Shown here: piece after piece, positions 1 through 8,110 of the stretch
Layout: each line of letters begins with the position of its first letter
Numbering within the stretch: position 1 is the first letter of the stretch
NCBI GenBank assembly: GCA_963783375.1
Contig: CAWANH010000013.1
Coordinates: forward strand, 1 to 26,816
Reading direction: 5' to 3'
DNA from: Candidatus Eiseniibacteriota bacterium
GTDB taxonomy: Bacteria > Eisenbacteria > RBG-16-71-46 > JABDJR01
DNA length: 26,816 bases
Position numbers and translations under genes: made by a program
The notes under the pieces: generated by a model
Told to the model about the DNA's origin: nothing
Database searches by the model: none
Seen by the model: only the letters and a program-made list of their open reading frames with translations

Positions 1-1
1 C

Positions 2-460
2 TCACGGGGTTCCACGGTGATGGAGTACCTGCACGCCATCTTCCGGCGGTTCGGCCTGTACGTGAGCTCCCAGAGGAGCATCACCCTCCCCGGTTCGGAG
101 GGGAGCCGCGCGATCGCCGGCATCATGGACGCGTTCCGGTCGGATCCGCCCCGGGCCCTGGCCGGGGTCACGGTGGCGTCCCGAAGCGATCTCGAAGCCG
201 GTGAGACCGTATCGACGGCAGGGGGGGAGATCTCCATCCTGGATCTTCCCCGGAGCAACGTCCTGGTCTACCAGCTCGAGGACGCGTCCCGGGTGCTGCT
301 CCGGCCGAGCGGCACCGAGCCCAAGATCAAGTACTACTTCGAGGTGGTGGAACCCTTCCCGGAAGGGGATGCGTACACCGAGGTCGAGGCCCGGGCCGCC
401 GGGCGTCTGCGGCGGTTGGAGAGCGGATTCCTCGAGGAGGCGGAGCGCCGCCGGTCCTGA
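2..460 (+). CDS. Phosphoglucomutase/phosphomannomutase family protein, C-terminal part (truncated by window start)
   Basis: Open frame from base 2 to TGA at 458-460. Contains the alpha-D-phosphohexomutase domain IV motif VLLRPSGTEPKIKYYFE. Confidence 0.9.
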   Translation, partial: SRGSTVMEYLHAIFRRFGLYVSSQRSITLPGSEGSRAIAGIMDAFRSDPPRALAGVTVASRSDLEAGETVSTAGGEISILDLPRSNVLVYQLEDASRVLLRPSGTEPKIKYYFEVVEPFPEGDAYTEVEARAAGRLRRLESGFLEEAERRRS

Positions 461-482
461 CCGCGCTCCGCCTCCCCCCGCG

Positions 483-1607
483 TCAGCGGGTCCCGAACCC
501 CGACGCCTTCGAGTAGGTCCTCCCGTCGTCGTGACATCCGTCACAAGAGGCCTTGCCGTTCCCGGGGCCGTTGACGTGGCACGCGTCGCAGTCCAGCTCC
601 CCGTGTACCTCGTTCAGCTTCACCCCGGTCGTCGCATGCTTGAACCCGCCCCCCGACCAGCCGTCGGTGTGACATGTTCGGCACTTGGGGTCCGGCTTCT
701 GGAAAGCCCCCTGCTTGCCGTGACAGGCGGTGCAGGAGAGCGAGGCGTGGTACGCCTTGAGGGGCCATCCGGTGTCGGAGTGCTGGAAGAGATCCTCGGG
801 GTCCCGGCCATGGCATTCGGTGCAATTCTGTTCTCCATGGCACTTGAAGCAGGTGTCGTGGAGATTGACCTTGCTCAGGTCGCCCATGGGGTGGGAGTTT
901 CCGCCCTGAATGTGACAACGGGTGCAACTCTGTTGCATGTGGCATTCGGTGCAGTCGCGCTCGTACTTCTCGCTATGATTCTTGTGGTGGAACGGAACCT
1001 TGTCGCCGACCGCGAAATCGGTCGAGAAGGTGATCAGGTCCAGGAGCGGAACCGGGTCGTAGTGGCTGTGGTCGCAGACCTCGGTGGCCGTTCCCTGCAG
1101 CCTCCCTCCCGCCTTCTTCTCGTGGCAGATCTCACACTTGGTATCCTGGTCCCATTCGGAGTGGCAGCCCAGACACTGCCGGTGGTAGGCGCCCTTGAGC
1201 CCGGGTTGGGCGATGTCCTCGTGGACGATCCCCACCGGATGACAATCCTTGCACGCCGGGTGGGGGGAGTCGGGAGGCGTGTAGTGGTGGCAGGCGTCGC
1301 AGCCCTTGGACATGCCGGCCATGGTGGCGTGCACCTTGTGGTTGAACCGGACCGGAACGTACAGATCCTCCAGCTTGTCCAGGATGACCACGTCGGGGCC
1401 GAGGGACGGAGATAGGCCCACCGCTTCCTTGTGACGCGGGCAGGCGGTCAGGCAGGGATCCGCCTGGGTCGGGTTGTCGCAGGTGTGGCATTGGCGGCAG
1501 TCCAGTCCCTTGGCGTGGGGCTTCGGGGCCGGGGCGGCGGCGCTCACCGCCAGGTATGCGATCAGGAGCGCGGCACCGGCCAGCGCGGCGCCCAGGGTCT
1601 TCGTCAT
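483..1607 (-). CDS. Periplasmic multiheme cytochrome c, 13 CxxCH motifs (cytochrome c3/HmcA-like modules)
   Basis: ATG preceded by GGGAGG. Sec-type signal peptide (MTKTLGAALAGAALLIAYLAVSA). 13 CxxCH counted by hand. c3-type motifs VRFNHKVH, PFHHKNH and GAYHRQCLGCH. Confidence 0.93.
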   Translation of the reverse strand: MTKTLGAALAGAALLIAYLAVSAAAPAPKPHAKGLDCRQCHTCDNPTQADPCLTACPRHKEAVGLSPSLGPDVVILDKLEDLYVPVRFNHKVHATMAGMSKGCDACHHYTPPDSPHPACKDCHPVGIVHEDIAQPGLKGAYHRQCLGCHSEWDQDTKCEICHEKKAGGRLQGTATEVCDHSHYDPVPLLDLITFSTDFAVGDKVPFHHKNHSEKYERDCTECHMQQSCTRCHIQGGNSHPMGDLSKVNLHDTCFKCHGEQNCTECHGRDPEDLFQHSDTGWPLKAYHASLSCTACHGKQGAFQKPDPKCRTCHTDGWSGGGFKHATTGVKLNEVHGELDCDACHVNGPGNGKASCDGCHDDGRTYSKASGFGTR

Positions 1608-1635
1608 CGTCCACCTCCCTTGCTCGTCCCGGTCA

Positions 1636-2874
1636 TCATTCCTCCTCCTCGGCAGGCAGGATGGGAAAGATGGTGACGAGCACCCGGTACACGAACATCA
1701 GGGCGGCGATCAACCCCACCGTCACCGCGATCTCCCCGATGCTCGGGAAGTACTGCTGCGCCTTGTACACCGGGTGGTAGGCGGTGATGAACACGTTGAT
1801 CCGGTTGAACATCACGCCCAGAACCACCAGGAGGGCGGCGGTGAAGAGGAGCGGGGGGGAGCGCCGGGCCCGGGGAGAGGAGAACAGGAGGAACGGGAGG
1901 ATCACTCCCAGACCCAGCTCGGCCAGGAACATCAGCGAGGGCACGCTGCCGTCGGTGAGATACCGCGCGGTGCCCCGGAGCGACATGTCCCCGAGCTTGA
2001 AGGCCAGATAGACGAACAGCAACGCGGAGACGATCTTCCCCAGCGGGGCGAGGATCTTCATCTCGGGTTTCCGGCCGAACACCTTGGACGCGATCATCGA
2101 CTCGACGATCACCATCGGGTATCCCACCGAGATCGCGGATAGGAGGAAGAGCAGGGGGAGGATCGGCGTCCACCAGAGCGGGTGCTCCTTGTAGGGGGCG
2201 ATCACCATGAGCCCTCCGAGGGAGGACTGATGAAGGCAGGAGAGGACGACCCCCATGATGATGAACACGAACATGATCTTGTTCACCGTATTGTCCAGGA
2301 GCCGGAGGAGCCCCTCGAAGAACCCGTTCAACGCCGCCATGCCTCCGGGGAGATCGACCCGGCCCTTGAACCGCTCGATGACGATCGGCACGAACTCGAG
2401 GTAGAGCACGGTGAGATAGATCATCACGCAAATGCCGACCTCGAACAGGACCGAGTGCCCGGACCACATGAAGGGGATCATGGGGTGCCAGACGTTGTAG
2501 TAGCGCCCCAGATCGACCAGGAGGCCCAACACCACGAAGGTGTAGCCGAGCATGGCGGTGAGGAGCGCGGGCCGGGTGACCGCCTCGTAGTGGTGGCGAT
2601 GGAAGATGTGGGCCAGGGCCGCGGTGGTGAACCCGCCGGCAGCCAGCGCCACTCCCGAGGCCACGTCCACCGCGATCCAGATGCCCCAGGGGTACTGATC
2701 GTTCAGGTTGGTCATGGACCCGATTCCGAAGATGAACCGGTAGAGGGCGAAGGAGAATCCCACGGCCATGATCCCCAGGAGGACGAACACCCCCCGGGTG
2801 AAGATCGGCTTGGTCATCGGAACCGCGCCGGCGTGGACATTGTGGACGGGTTGAGCAAGGGCTGGGCTACTCAT
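1636..2874 (-). CDS. NrfD/PsrC-family quinone-interacting membrane subunit (HybB/HmcC-like)
   Basis: Polytopic hydrophobic protein with NLNDQYPWGIWIAVDVASGVALAAGG, DLGRY, SVLFEV, SCLHQSSLG and HPLW motifs of HybB/HmcC. Its start overlaps the end of the upstream gene. Confidence 0.92.
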   Translation of the reverse strand: MSSPALAQPVHNVHAGAVPMTKPIFTRGVFVLLGIMAVGFSFALYRFIFGIGSMTNLNDQYPWGIWIAVDVASGVALAAGGFTTAALAHIFHRHHYEAVTRPALLTAMLGYTFVVLGLLVDLGRYYNVWHPMIPFMWSGHSVLFEVGICVMIYLTVLYLEFVPIVIERFKGRVDLPGGMAALNGFFEGLLRLLDNTVNKIMFVFIIMGVVLSCLHQSSLGGLMVIAPYKEHPLWWTPILPLLFLLSAISVGYPMVIVESMIASKVFGRKPEMKILAPLGKIVSALLFVYLAFKLGDMSLRGTARYLTDGSVPSLMFLAELGLGVILPFLLFSSPRARRSPPLLFTAALLVVLGVMFNRINVFITAYHPVYKAQQYFPSIGEIAVTVGLIAALMFVYRVLVTIFPILPAEEEE

Positions 2875-3769
2875 GGTCCTTGCCCTCCTTTCCCTCGTCG
2901 TCCTCGCGGTTGAAGAACTTCATGATCCCTCCCAGGAATGCGAAGAGAGCGATGGGGGGGAGGAAGTTCTTGAAAATGCCGTGCTGGATGGTCTCGGTGA
3001 TCTGGGGCGGCGCCTTCTCGCCCAACTCGGGAAAACCGAGGTCCGTGAAAGGCCGGCTCGAGATGTAGAGCCAGGAGGTGCCGCCGACCTCGTGCTCCCC
3101 GTAGACGTGGTCCACGTACTGGCCGGGATGACCCTGGATCGTATCGTGGGCCAGGGCCAGGAGCTTCTCTCGCTTGCCGTAGGTCAGGCACTGGGGCGGG
3201 CAGATCTCCACGCAGGCCGGCACTCCGCCTTCCTTGCTGATGCGTTCGAAGCAGAACGTGCACTTCCGCACCTCGGGGGTGAACGCGTTGTCGTACTCAT
3301 AGGCGGGGATCTGGAAGGGACAGGCCACCATGCAATACCGGCAACCCATGCAACGCCAGGGATCGTAGGTGACCGCCCCGTTTTCCTTCTTCTGGAAGGC
3401 GGTCACGATGCAGGCAGAGGAGCAGGCCGGGTCGTTGCAGTGCATGCACTGGACCTTGGCCCACAGAGGCCGTTCCGAGCCCTCGGGTCCCGGGAACTGG
3501 TTGACCACCGTGTAGTGTCCGGCGTCGGGCCGTCGGTAGTCCTTGAAGATCGACTTGTCCTCGAACGTCTCCAACGGCTGAACGGGCAGATTGTTGGCCT
3601 GATTGCAGGCCCATTCGCACTTCCGGCAGCCGATACACTTGGAGATGTCCACGAGGACGCCGTACGCGTTCTCGGGGGCCTCCGCCACCCGGGAGGCTTC
3701 CGCCTTGCCGGCCACGACGCTGGCGGCGCAAATCCCCCCGGCCGTCTTGAGAAATTCCCTGCGTTTCAT
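2867..3769 (-). CDS. TAT-exported 4Fe-4S ferredoxin subunit (HybA/HmcB/NrfC-like) with C-terminal membrane anchor
   Basis: Start placed at ATG 3769, giving the twin-arginine signal MKRREFLK. Cys groups CIGCRKCEWAC, CMHCNDPACSSAC, CMGCRYCMVACP and KCTFC...PACVEICP. HybA-like YGEHEVGGTSWLY and a hydrophobic C-terminal helix. Confidence 0.93.
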   Translation of the reverse strand: MKRREFLKTAGGICAASVVAGKAEASRVAEAPENAYGVLVDISKCIGCRKCEWACNQANNLPVQPLETFEDKSIFKDYRRPDAGHYTVVNQFPGPEGSERPLWAKVQCMHCNDPACSSACIVTAFQKKENGAVTYDPWRCMGCRYCMVACPFQIPAYEYDNAFTPEVRKCTFCFERISKEGGVPACVEICPPQCLTYGKREKLLALAHDTIQGHPGQYVDHVYGEHEVGGTSWLYISSRPFTDLGFPELGEKAPPQITETIQHGIFKNFLPPIALFAFLGGIMKFFNREDDEGKEGKDHE

Positions 3770-4217
3770 CTCGTACCCCACCTTCAACCGCCCGAAGAGA
3801 GGGGTTTTCCCCGTCCCATCGGGGGTGCCAAATGGCCCCGGCGCGGCGGGGTCGGTGGTCCGAACCTCCGGTTGACCGGGGTTCGGCCACGGCGCGGTCT
3901 GCGCGTCCGCCACGCTCTCCCTGGGCGGAAACGGCCATATTCGCTTCCGACCCGAGGATACGCCCGGACCGAAAGGGTCACATGATTCCAATTGTGGATA
4001 TTGCTATTCCATACCGTTACAACTCCAGGAAATGATTAGACTTACCGCCGTTCTGAGGTAACGCCGGCTGCGGCTGGCCTGGTCGCGGAAGTTGTGGATT
4101 GAAGGGAAGCAAATGGAGCCGGTCTTATCGAGCGCACGGGTCCGGGGCATGGAACGCGGAGAAGAGCCTCGAATTTCGCGAATGAGAAACAAGGTTGTTC
4201 ACGGGAGGGGATCGGTC

Positions 4218-6992
4218 GTGAAACAAGTTGTGGCGATCGCCGCTCTCCTGCTCGTGGCCGCGCCGGGCTTGGCCCGCGCAACGGTCAACGAAACCTGCTT
4301 CGAGTGCCACTCCGATCCCGCCTTCAGCACCCGACGCGGAAACGTCACCGTCCCCTTGTTCGTGAGCCCGGAGGTTTTCGGGAAGTCGGTGCACAAGGGC
4401 CTCGACTGCACCGATTGCCATGCCGATGTCGATCCCGACGACCTGCCCCACGGCGAGGATCTGGAGCAGGTGCAGTGCGGGGCCTGCCACGACGACGCCC
4501 AGGCGCAGTACGAGGGAAGCATCCACGGCCAGGCCTGGGCCCGGGGGGCTCCGTACGCTCCGTCCTGCAAGGACTGTCACGGCACCCACGACATTCTTCC
4601 GCCCAGCGATCCCACCGCTCCGACCTACAAGATGAACGTCCCGTACCTGTGCGGAAGCTGCCACCGGGAAGGGGCGCCGGTGGCCAGGGCCTACAAGATC
4701 AACGAGCACAACATCGTTGAGAACTACAGCCAGAGCATCCACGGCGAGGCGCTGTTCAAGAAGGGTCTCACCGTCGCCGCCACCTGCATCGATTGTCACG
4801 GTAGCCACCATATTCTTCCTCACACCGACCCGAACGCCTCGATCTCGCCCAAGCACATCGCCGCCACCTGCATGCAATGCCACTCGCGCATCGAGCAGGT
4901 CCACGTGAAGGTGATCCGCGGGGAACTCTGGGAGGATAGACCGGGAGCCATTCCCGCCTGCACCGACTGCCACATACCCCACAAGGTCCGGAAGGAGATC
5001 GTGTCCCTCACGATGTCCGATCGCGACTGCCTGAAGTGCCACGAGCGGACCGATCTCCGGCATTCCGCGGCAGGCGACACCCTCTCGTTGACCGTGCGAA
5101 AGGACGACCTGGCCGCCTCCGTCCACCAGAACATCCCCTGCGTGAAGTGCCACTCGGACGTGGATCCCCGGCTCAAGCGACCCTGCGAGACCGCGGGTCG
5201 GGTGGACTGCTCGGCCTGTCACGCCAAGGTGTCGGAGGAGTACTTCGCGAGCGGCCACGGGCAGGCCTTCGTTTCCGGGAAGCCCCAGGCCCCCTACTGC
5301 ACCACCTGTCACGGCGATCACAAGGTCAAGGCGGTCAAGGAGGAGGACGCGAGGACCTATCGGGCCAACGTCCCCAAGCTCTGCGGGAGCTGCCACCGCC
5401 AGAACGGGAAGGCGCCGGAGGCCACGGATCTGGCCGAAGTGAACGCCTACTCGGACTACTCCAAGAGCGTGCACGGACGGGGATTGACCGAGAAGGGACT
5501 TCTCCCCAGCGCCATCTGCACCGACTGCCACACCGCCCACTTCGTGCTCAAGCACTCGGATCCGCGATCGTCGGTCTCCAAGAAGAACATTCCCGCCACC
5601 TGCGCCTCCTGCCATCGCGGGATCTACAACCAGTTCACCCAGAGCGTGCACTTTCCGGCCAACGGCCGGAACACGGAGAAGCTGCCCACCTGCACCGACT
5701 GCCATACCGCGCACACGATCTCGGACGTCGAAAAGGACCAGTTCATGACCGAGGTCACCCAGCAGTGCGGGTCCTGCCACACCGAGCTGGCCAAGACCTA
5801 TCTGGAGACCATGCACGGCAAGGCCTACCGGTTGGGCTACCTCAAGGCGGCCAAGTGCTCGGACTGCCACGGCGCCCACTCCATCGCCGCCATCAACGAC
5901 CCCAGATCGACGGTCAGCTTCCGTAACATCGTGGGCACGTGTCAGAAGTGCCACTCGGACGCCAACGTCCGGTTTACCGGCTACCTCACCCACGCCACCC
6001 ACCACGACCCGGTCAAGTATCCGATCCTCTACTACACGTACTGGGCCATGACCCTGCTGCTCTTCGGGGTGTTCGGCTTCTTCGGGGTGCACACCCTGAT
6101 GTGGCTGCCCCGGTCCTTCAAGGCCATGAAGGAAAGGCGGCGCCACAGCTGGGAGGAGGAAGGCAAGTACTTCGTCCGCCGCTTCTCGACCGGCCAGCGG
6201 GTGACCCACATCTTCGTGATCGTGAGCTTCCTGTCCCTCGCCCTGACCGGCATGATGCTCAAGTTCTCCTCCATGCCCTGGGCGGAGTTCTTGGCCGGGC
6301 TCCTGGGGGGGGTCCGCGTGGCCGGGGTCATCCACCGGATCGCCGCCACCATCACCTTCGGCTACTTCGCGTTCCACATCGGGAGCCTCATCCAGATGAA
6401 ACGCCGGCGGAGGATGAGCTGGAAGGAACTGGCCTTCGGCAGGAACTCCCTCATGTTCAACCTGAAGGACTTGAAGGACTTCCTGGGCACGCTGAAGTGG
6501 TTCTTCGGCCGGGGTCCGCGGCCGTCCTACGGGCGTTGGACCTATTGGGAGAAATTCGACTACCTGGCGGTGTTCTGGGGGGTGGCGGTGATCGGGGCCT
6601 CGGGGCTCATGCTTTGGTTCCCGGAGATCGCGACGAAGGTCCTCCCCGGCTGGCTCATCAACGTGGCCACCATCATCCACAGCGACGAGGCCCTCCTGGC
6701 CGTGGGCTTCATCTTCACCATCCACTTCTTCAACACCCACCTCCGGCCGGAGGCCTTCCCGATGGACACGGTGATCTTCACCGGCGTCACCCCGCTCAAG
6801 ACCTACAAGGAAGAGCGTCCGCAGGAATTCGACGAGCTCAGGAAGAGCGGCGACCTGGGAAAACGGGTGGTCATGCGGACCCGGGAGCAGAACCGCCAGG
6901 TCATGGTCCGGATCTTCGGGAGCCTGGCCCTGGCGGTGGGGGTGATCATGATCGGGCTCATCCTCTACTCGGTGATCTTCGGGTACAAGTAG
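4218..6992 (+). CDS. Multiheme cytochrome c (19 CxxCH) fused to a C-terminal cytochrome b membrane domain (CbcL-like quinol oxidoreductase)
   Basis: Likely GTG start at 4218 after GGGAGGGG, then signal peptide VKQVVAIAALLLVAAPGLARA. 19 CxxCH counted. The C-terminal FdnI/HydC-type cytochrome b domain has RFSTGQRVTH, IHRIAA, YWEKFDYLAVFWG and IHSDEALLA...IHFF. Confidence 0.92.
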   Translation: MKQVVAIAALLLVAAPGLARATVNETCFECHSDPAFSTRRGNVTVPLFVSPEVFGKSVHKGLDCTDCHADVDPDDLPHGEDLEQVQCGACHDDAQAQYEGSIHGQAWARGAPYAPSCKDCHGTHDILPPSDPTAPTYKMNVPYLCGSCHREGAPVARAYKINEHNIVENYSQSIHGEALFKKGLTVAATCIDCHGSHHILPHTDPNASISPKHIAATCMQCHSRIEQVHVKVIRGELWEDRPGAIPACTDCHIPHKVRKEIVSLTMSDRDCLKCHERTDLRHSAAGDTLSLTVRKDDLAASVHQNIPCVKCHSDVDPRLKRPCETAGRVDCSACHAKVSEEYFASGHGQAFVSGKPQAPYCTTCHGDHKVKAVKEEDARTYRANVPKLCGSCHRQNGKAPEATDLAEVNAYSDYSKSVHGRGLTEKGLLPSAICTDCHTAHFVLKHSDPRSSVSKKNIPATCASCHRGIYNQFTQSVHFPANGRNTEKLPTCTDCHTAHTISDVEKDQFMTEVTQQCGSCHTELAKTYLETMHGKAYRLGYLKAAKCSDCHGAHSIAAINDPRSTVSFRNIVGTCQKCHSDANVRFTGYLTHATHHDPVKYPILYYTYWAMTLLLFGVFGFFGVHTLMWLPRSFKAMKERRRHSWEEEGKYFVRRFSTGQRVTHIFVIVSFLSLALTGMMLKFSSMPWAEFLAGLLGGVRVAGVIHRIAATITFGYFAFHIGSLIQMKRRRRMSWKELAFGRNSLMFNLKDLKDFLGTLKWFFGRGPRPSYGRWTYWEKFDYLAVFWGVAVIGASGLMLWFPEIATKVLPGWLINVATIIHSDEALLAVGFIFTIHFFNTHLRPEAFPMDTVIFTGVTPLKTYKEERPQEFDELRKSGDLGKRVVMRTREQNRQVMVRIFGSLALAVGVIMIGLILYSVIFGYK

Positions 6993-7009
6993 GGAACGGC
7001 GGATCCGGG

Positions 7010-7042
7010 AAGGGGAGGCCGGGCGACCGGCCTCCCCTTTTC
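7010..7042 (+). terminator. Rho-independent terminator of the 19-heme cytochrome gene
   Basis: Perfect stem AAGGGGAGGCCGG / CCGGCCTCCCCTT with a GCGA tetraloop, ending in a T run, about 17 nt after the TAG. Confidence 0.85.
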
Positions 7043-7158
7043 ATTGTCGAGCGATTCCCCCCGGGTCGTCTCCCGGGCCCGGGCGCACGGCCTGCGGGTT
7101 CCCGTGGGCCGCTCCGATCTCTCGCCGTACCAAGGCAACGGACTCCCGGGACGGGACG

Positions 7159-7431
7159 CCAGGGCCGATAGGTGAGCTTGACCTCGCCCCACGAGCGCGG
7201 CTGGGTGGCAACGGCGTCGGGAATCAGGACGAAGGAGTCCTCGACGGTGCTTCCGTCGTCGCTCTCGTCGAGGGTGCTGCTGCACCAGGCGGCGCCCTGA
7301 GGACCCACCTGCACGGGTCGGGCGTAGGTGAACACGTAGGTGCGGACCCCCCTGAGGGTTGGGCGGTCCGGCCCTCCGAGACGGAAAGCCCGGCGGACGG
7401 GACCTGCCGGTTGATGGCGCAGGATCGCATC
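7159..7431 (-). pseudogene. Probable remnant of a secreted-protein gene ending in a VAT...SWGEVKLTYR tail
   Basis: The frame reads ...TYVFTYARPVQ...DSFVLIPDAVATQPRSWGEVKLTYRP. There is an upstream in-frame TGA at 7432-7434, no signal peptide, and no stop right after the tail (TGG where a stop would be expected). Confidence 0.45.
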
Positions 7432-7480
7432 TCAAGCCCGGGTCCAAGAACATGCAAGGTTGGTCGCCCCGATCGCCGGA

Positions 7481-7525
7481 AGACAAGATGTGCAAGACAA
7501 ACCTTGTATAATGAGCCTTGTGCCA
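7481..7525 (+). promoter_or_regulatory. AT-rich putative promoter/operator with a perfect TATAAT and CAAG/CTTG repeats
   Basis: TATAAT at 7507-7512 in an otherwise very GC-rich region, flanked by ACAAG, GCAAG and two CCTTGT. No good -35 at canonical spacing. Confidence 0.35.
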
Positions 7526-8110
7526 TGCGACCTCGCCGGGCCCGGCCAAGTCCGCCCGCAAGGTCGGCGGGATCTTCGGCGCCGACCCGGAAACGGCGGG
7601 ATAGCCACGGCCATCGGTGAGGCGGTCACCCGCGTACGGCTTGTGTCCGCCGGCGTCGTCGATCTCTGCCTGGATTGGATCGTCCACCGCCGCGACCTTA
7701 CGGTCCGGGGCGGGGATGCTCGCGACGGTCCGGAACGGGACGAACGAATCCGGGCGGCGGGGGAGGGCCGAGGTGCGCTCTGCCCGGCGGGAACGGCGAT
7801 CGCCGGCTGAACGGCAAGGTGACGGCCATTCGTCAAGGGCGGGGGTTTCGGTGGTGCGCAGTCCGATCGCATGAGCTTCGGCGATGGAGAAGAGGACGCG
7901 GCGCGGGGCTCACCCCAACTGGCTCTCCTCCGCCGATTCCCGTACACTGGGCGGGATGATCGGTATCCGGGGCTCGGCTCGAGCCCCGGGACCGGTCAGG
8001 AAATCCCAGTCGTCATCGTGATCGGCCGGAATGCCGCTCGTGTTTCGTGTGCTCTTCCCCCGATCCCCTGGACGGACGTTTCACGCCCGCGACCGAGGGA
8101 GCCAGGCTCT

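Noticed and set aside
1636-3769. Calling these genes a hydrogenase-2 operon
   Set aside because: No NiFe large or small subunit or maturation gene is present in the unit or the window.
3815-3835. Sigma-54 promoter candidates on the minus strand (TGGCAC near 3830 and near 7522)
   Set aside because: Both lack the conserved -12 TTGC element at the required spacing.
3992-4100. DnaA-box-like TGTGGAT copies at about 3993 and 4093
   Set aside because: Only two mismatched copies, with no origin-type gene context.
3770-4217. N-terminal extensions of the ferredoxin (to 3991) and the 19-heme cytochrome (from 4092) in the ORF track
   Set aside because: Signal peptides and RBS-like sequences point to starts at 3769 and 4218. 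The region between is better read as a divergent promoter.
4125-6740. Long antisense and alternate-frame ORFs (for example 4125-6740, 8081-9577, 18437-20473, 20492-22837, 24970-26718)
   Set aside because: They overlap well-supported genes, are rich in Arg/Gly/Pro or antisense-typical residues, and lack motifs. Such shadow ORFs are expected in high-GC DNA.
7765-7935. Possible lysine riboswitch upstream of the putative beta-lysine operon (GAGGTGC at about 7770)
   Set aside because: The downstream conserved elements (AGTA loop-E, GAAAGG, GCCGAA) are not found in order.
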